From: Candidatus Saccharimonadota bacterium
Lineage (GTDB): Bacteria; Pseudomonadota; Gammaproteobacteria; Enterobacterales; Enterobacteriaceae
Direction: 5' to 3'
Assembly: GCA_045690015.1 (NCBI GenBank)
Contig: CP145877.1
Span: 30,001 to 62,000, forward strand
DNA length: 32,000 nucleotides
Position 1 is the first letter of the stretch, and each line of letters begins with the position of its first letter. This document shows, in pieces, positions 29,428 to 32,000 of this stretch. The notes under the pieces are model-generated. The model was not told the DNA's origin and made no database searches. It saw only the letters and a list, made by a program, of their open reading frames with translations. A program made the translations under genes and the position numbers.

Positions 29428-30987
29428 TTATTTATCCTTTTCATGATCTTGAATAAAATACATTATATTTTGTTCATTTAATCCATAAGTTGGATTTATT
29501 TGAATAGATGCAGTATTTCCGGTATTCTTTTCTATAGCAGTAACATTTAATAATCCATTTTCATCTACTTGAAAACTAACTCTAATACGTGCTTGACCTG
29601 CAGGTAATGCAGATATCCCTCGTAGACTAAAGCGAGCTAACGATCTACAATGCACTACTTTTTCTCGTTCTCCTTGTACGACATGGATCATAATCGTACT
29701 CTGATTATCTTTTAAGGTTGTAAATTCCTGTGATTGACTAGTAGGAATAGTTGTATTACGTGGAATAATTTTTTCTACTAATCCTCCTACGGTTTCTATA
29801 CCCAGAGATAATGGGATAACATCTAATAACAAAACATCTTTATATTGCTTATTACCTATGAGTTTATCTGCATGAATTGCTGCACCTATCACTACTACTT
29901 TTTCAGGATCAATAGATGTTAATGGTTTTATGCCAAAAAATTTTTCTACTTTTTCACGTACTAGTGGTACTCTTGTTGATCCCCCCACCATAATCACTTG
30001 CGATATATTTTCTAATATAACATTGGCATCTTGTAAAGTACGGCGGCACATTAGGATAGTACGTTCTACTTTACTTAGAATCAAATTATCAAAATCTTTA
30101 CGTGTTATAATAATATTATTATATTCATCTATATGAATAATAGTACTATATCTCTGACTAAGATCAATTTTTGCTGTAATAGCAGCATCTAATATTTTGC
30201 GTTGTAAAATAGGATTAAGAGATTTTTCGTCTACTCCTATTTTATAACAAATCCAACTTACTAATAGCTGATCAAAATCATCTCCTCCCAGAGTAGATAT
30301 CCCTCCCGTAGCCAAAACTTCAAATACAGTTTTATTTAAAAGAAGAACAGAAATATCAAAAGTACCTCCACCTAAATCATAAACTGCAATTAATCCTTCC
30401 TGTCCTGAATCTAGACCATAAGCTATAGCAGCCGCTGTAGGTTCATGAAGTAATCTTAAAATCCTTAATCTAGATAATAATGCTGCTTGTTGAATATCTC
30501 GACGTTGTAGCTCCGTGAAATAGGCTGGTACTGTAATAACAACTTCTAATAATTCATTACCAAATTTTTTCCTAACGCGTTCACCAAGTGCACTCAAAAT
30601 ATCACTACAAACTTGAACAGGACTAATTATACCTGCTGATGTATTTATTACCACTAATCCTTTTTGATTTAATTGTAAATTATAAGGTAAATTTGGATAT
30701 TTACTTTTTATTTCTTCTAATGAATAACCTAATAAACGTTTGACTGACATTATAGTGTTGAGAGGATCATACAATCCATATTTACGTGCTTCCCAACCAA
30801 CGATTTTTTTTTCCTTATTATAATGTACTACGGAAGGTAATAAAACACGATTTTCTTCATCGGAAAAGGTCTCCACTTTTCCATTAAATACACTGGCTAC
30901 TAAAGAATATGTGGTCCCTAAATCAATTCCAACTGCTAATTGATTTTTTTTTTCTTTAACTGGATCAGTAATTTGTAGTAAAGTCAT
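29428..30987 (-). CDS. hscA: Fe-S cluster chaperone HscA (Hsp70-type), C-terminally truncated relative to E. coli
   Basis: MTLLQITDP...[15 protein letters not shown] (E. coli MALLQISEP...AAGIDLGTTNSLVA). Other matching segments: [54 protein letters not shown]. The start is set at the ATG at 30987, because the track start at 31020 is a TTG inside the hscB 3' end. At 519 aa versus 616 aa in E. coli, it ends just after the beta-sandwich substrate-binding subdomain. Confidence 0.94.
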   Translation of the reverse strand: MTLLQITDPVKEKKNQLAVGIDLGTTYSLVASVFNGKVETFSDEENRVLLPSVVHYNKEKKIVGWEARKYGLYDPLNTIMSVKRLLGYSLEEIKSKYPNLPYNLQLNQKGLVVINTSAGIISPVQVCSDILSALGERVRKKFGNELLEVVITVPAYFTELQRRDIQQAALLSRLRILRLLHEPTAAAIAYGLDSGQEGLIAVYDLGGGTFDISVLLLNKTVFEVLATGGISTLGGDDFDQLLVSWICYKIGVDEKSLNPILQRKILDAAITAKIDLSQRYSTIIHIDEYNNIIITRKDFDNLILSKVERTILMCRRTLQDANVILENISQVIMVGGSTRVPLVREKVEKFFGIKPLTSIDPEKVVVIGAAIHADKLIGNKQYKDVLLLDVIPLSLGIETVGGLVEKIIPRNTTIPTSQSQEFTTLKDNQSTIMIHVVQGEREKVVHCRSLARFSLRGISALPAGQARIRVSFQVDENGLLNVTAIEKNTGNTASIQINPTYGLNEQNIMYFIQDHEKDK

Positions 30988-31009
30988 AGATTTTACTTTC
31001 CAAATATGA

Positions 31010-31549
31010 TTAAAAATCAAAAAAACGATTCTCTAATTCATCCAGATGATGACGAAGTTTATTTAAAAATTTTAGCTTTTGCAACGTATTGACAGCTGAT
31101 TTCCACTGTTGGGATCCCATTTCTTTTTCTATTTGTATAGTAAATGTACTTATTAAATTGTCAATTTTTCTAACAAAATTATTTAATCTCACTTCATTAA
31201 GTTCTTGTTCAACTTTTTCACATTCTTCACGTAATTCTAATTGTTCTTTTAACAATCTAATATCTGTACAACTTTGTTCATTACATATATTAAAACCATA
31301 AAGAGAAAGGAGATACTCAGATCTTGAGAAAGATTTTCGTAATACTTGCCAAGCTTTATTTATTAAAGCACATCGTTCTAAAAAAAATTTTTTTTCTGTA
31401 GCTGATTTATTAATCCAATGATCTGGATGAAATTTCTGTTGTAATTCATAAAAACGTGTAGCTAGTAGTTTTTCATCAATATCAAATCCCACTGGCAATC
31501 TAAAAATCTCAAAATAATTAGTAGAGAGATTCCTTACATCTATATCCAT
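31010..31549 (-). CDS. hscB: J-type co-chaperone HscB
   Basis: 179 aa, colinear with E. coli HscB (171 aa). Matching segments: NYFEIFRLP, J-domain HPD motif (QQKFHPDHW), INKAWQVLR, SEYLLSL, EQLELREE, LKFLNKL, ending DF. Confidence 0.92.
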   Translation of the reverse strand: MDIDVRNLSTNYFEIFRLPVGFDIDEKLLATRFYELQQKFHPDHWINKSATEKKFFLERCALINKAWQVLRKSFSRSEYLLSLYGFNICNEQSCTDIRLLKEQLELREECEKVEQELNEVRLNNFVRKIDNLISTFTIQIEKEMGSQQWKSAVNTLQKLKFLNKLRHHLDELENRFFDF

Positions 31550-31566
31550 AATCGACTAACCACATC

Positions 31567-31890
31567 TTAAATACTAAAGCTTTTACCACAACCACATTTA
31601 TATTTTACATTTGGGTTATTGAATTTAAAACCTTCATTCAAACCTTCTCTTGCAAAATCTAATTCTGTACCTTTTAAATATAAAAAATCTTTTTTATTTA
31701 TGAAAATCTTAATACCTTTTTCTTGTATCAGCATGTCATCTGTTTTTACCTCATCAACAAACTCCATAACATAAGCCAGACCAGTACAACCAGAAGTACG
31801 AACTCCTAAACGTACACCAAATCCTTTTTCTCTCTTACTTAATAAAGAACGAATTTGTGTAACTGCACTCTCACTTAAAGTAATGGACAT
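31567..31890 (-). CDS. iscA: Iron-sulfur cluster assembly/carrier protein IscA
   Basis: MSITLSESAVTQIRSLL...GFGVRLGVRTSGCTGLAYVMEFVDE...LDFAREGLNEGFKFNNPNVKYKCGCGKSF matches E. coli IscA (107 aa, MSITLSDSAAARV...), and all three conserved Cys are present. The start is set at the ATG at 31890 (GAGGT SD 8 nt upstream). The track start at 31905 adds 5 residues. Confidence 0.95.
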   Translation of the reverse strand: MSITLSESAVTQIRSLLSKREKGFGVRLGVRTSGCTGLAYVMEFVDEVKTDDMLIQEKGIKIFINKKDFLYLKGTELDFAREGLNEGFKFNNPNVKYKCGCGKSFSI

Positions 31891-31916
31891 GATTTTTAAC
31901 CTCAACTGGTTTTTTT

Positions 31917-32000
31917 TTATTTAGATTCCTTAAATTCAATTTGTTTCCTCTTATAATCTGCAATCGCGGCTTTAATTGCATCTTCAGCTAAAATAGAGCA
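31917..32000 (-). CDS. iscU: Fe-S scaffold protein IscU, C-terminal 27 codons (gene continues past the window end)
   Basis: My own translation of the minus strand is CSILAEDAIKAAIADYKRKQIEFKESK-stop. CSILAEDAIKAAIADYK is identical to the E. coli IscU C-terminus as I recall it. It lies upstream of iscA as in the isc operon. Confidence 0.88.
   Translation of the reverse strand, partial: CSILAEDAIKAAIADYKRKQIEFKESK

Noticed and set aside
29930-30136. 68-aa ORF on the + strand
   Set aside because: It is antisense inside hscA, so it is a shadow ORF.
31089-31301. 70-aa ORF on the + strand
   Set aside because: It is antisense inside hscB, so it is a shadow ORF.
1-32000. Search for tRNA/rRNA genes, CRISPR arrays, IS/transposase or phage genes, toxin-antitoxin or defence cassettes, and long direct repeats
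   Set aside because: I recognised none. Every ORF over 100 aa in a free frame has a clear housekeeping orthologue, and non-coding DNA totals only about 2 kb, spread over short gaps. A by-eye scan cannot exclude small RNAs or short dispersed repeats.

Overview
This window is AT-rich (roughly 70% A+T by eye, not computed) and very gene-dense. It consists entirely of conserved core housekeeping genes that align nearly end to end with E. coli K-12 proteins. Tiny intergenic gaps, shortened proteins, many A/T homopolymers and E. coli-like syntenic blocks with clean deletions point to a reduced-genome Enterobacterales-type obligate insect endosymbiont. It looks Blochmannia-like, but the species cannot be determined from the sequence alone.

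Gene content:
- Minus strand, dcw/mur block: murC (partial), murG, murD, mraY, murF, murE, rsmH.
- Plus strand: surA, rsmA(ksgA), apaH.
- Mixed strands: dnaB(-), ssb(+), yjcE-type Na+/H+ exchanger(+), rdgB(-), pyrC(-), ompA(+), guaA(-), guaB(-), xseA(+).
- Minus strand, 11-gene array: der, yfgM, hisS, ispG, rlmN, ndk, fdx, hscA, hscB, iscA, iscU (partial).

I found no tRNA/rRNA, CRISPR, IS or phage genes, defence genes, or ORFs of unknown function. I therefore do not think this window holds a novel multi-gene system.

Points worth a second look:
1. fdx keeps its ancestral SD+ATG, but that ATG is out of frame with the gene body because of a T9 homopolymer. This is a candidate for slippage rescue, a TTG restart or a sequencing error.
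2. ftsW and ftsL-ftsI are cleanly missing from an otherwise intact lipid II gene cluster. rodZ and bamB are also missing from their conserved slots.
3. HscA lacks its C-terminal helical lid.
4. SurA lacks its first parvulin domain.

Several ORF-track starts are TTG/GTG over-extensions, and I corrected them by homology and SD spacing.
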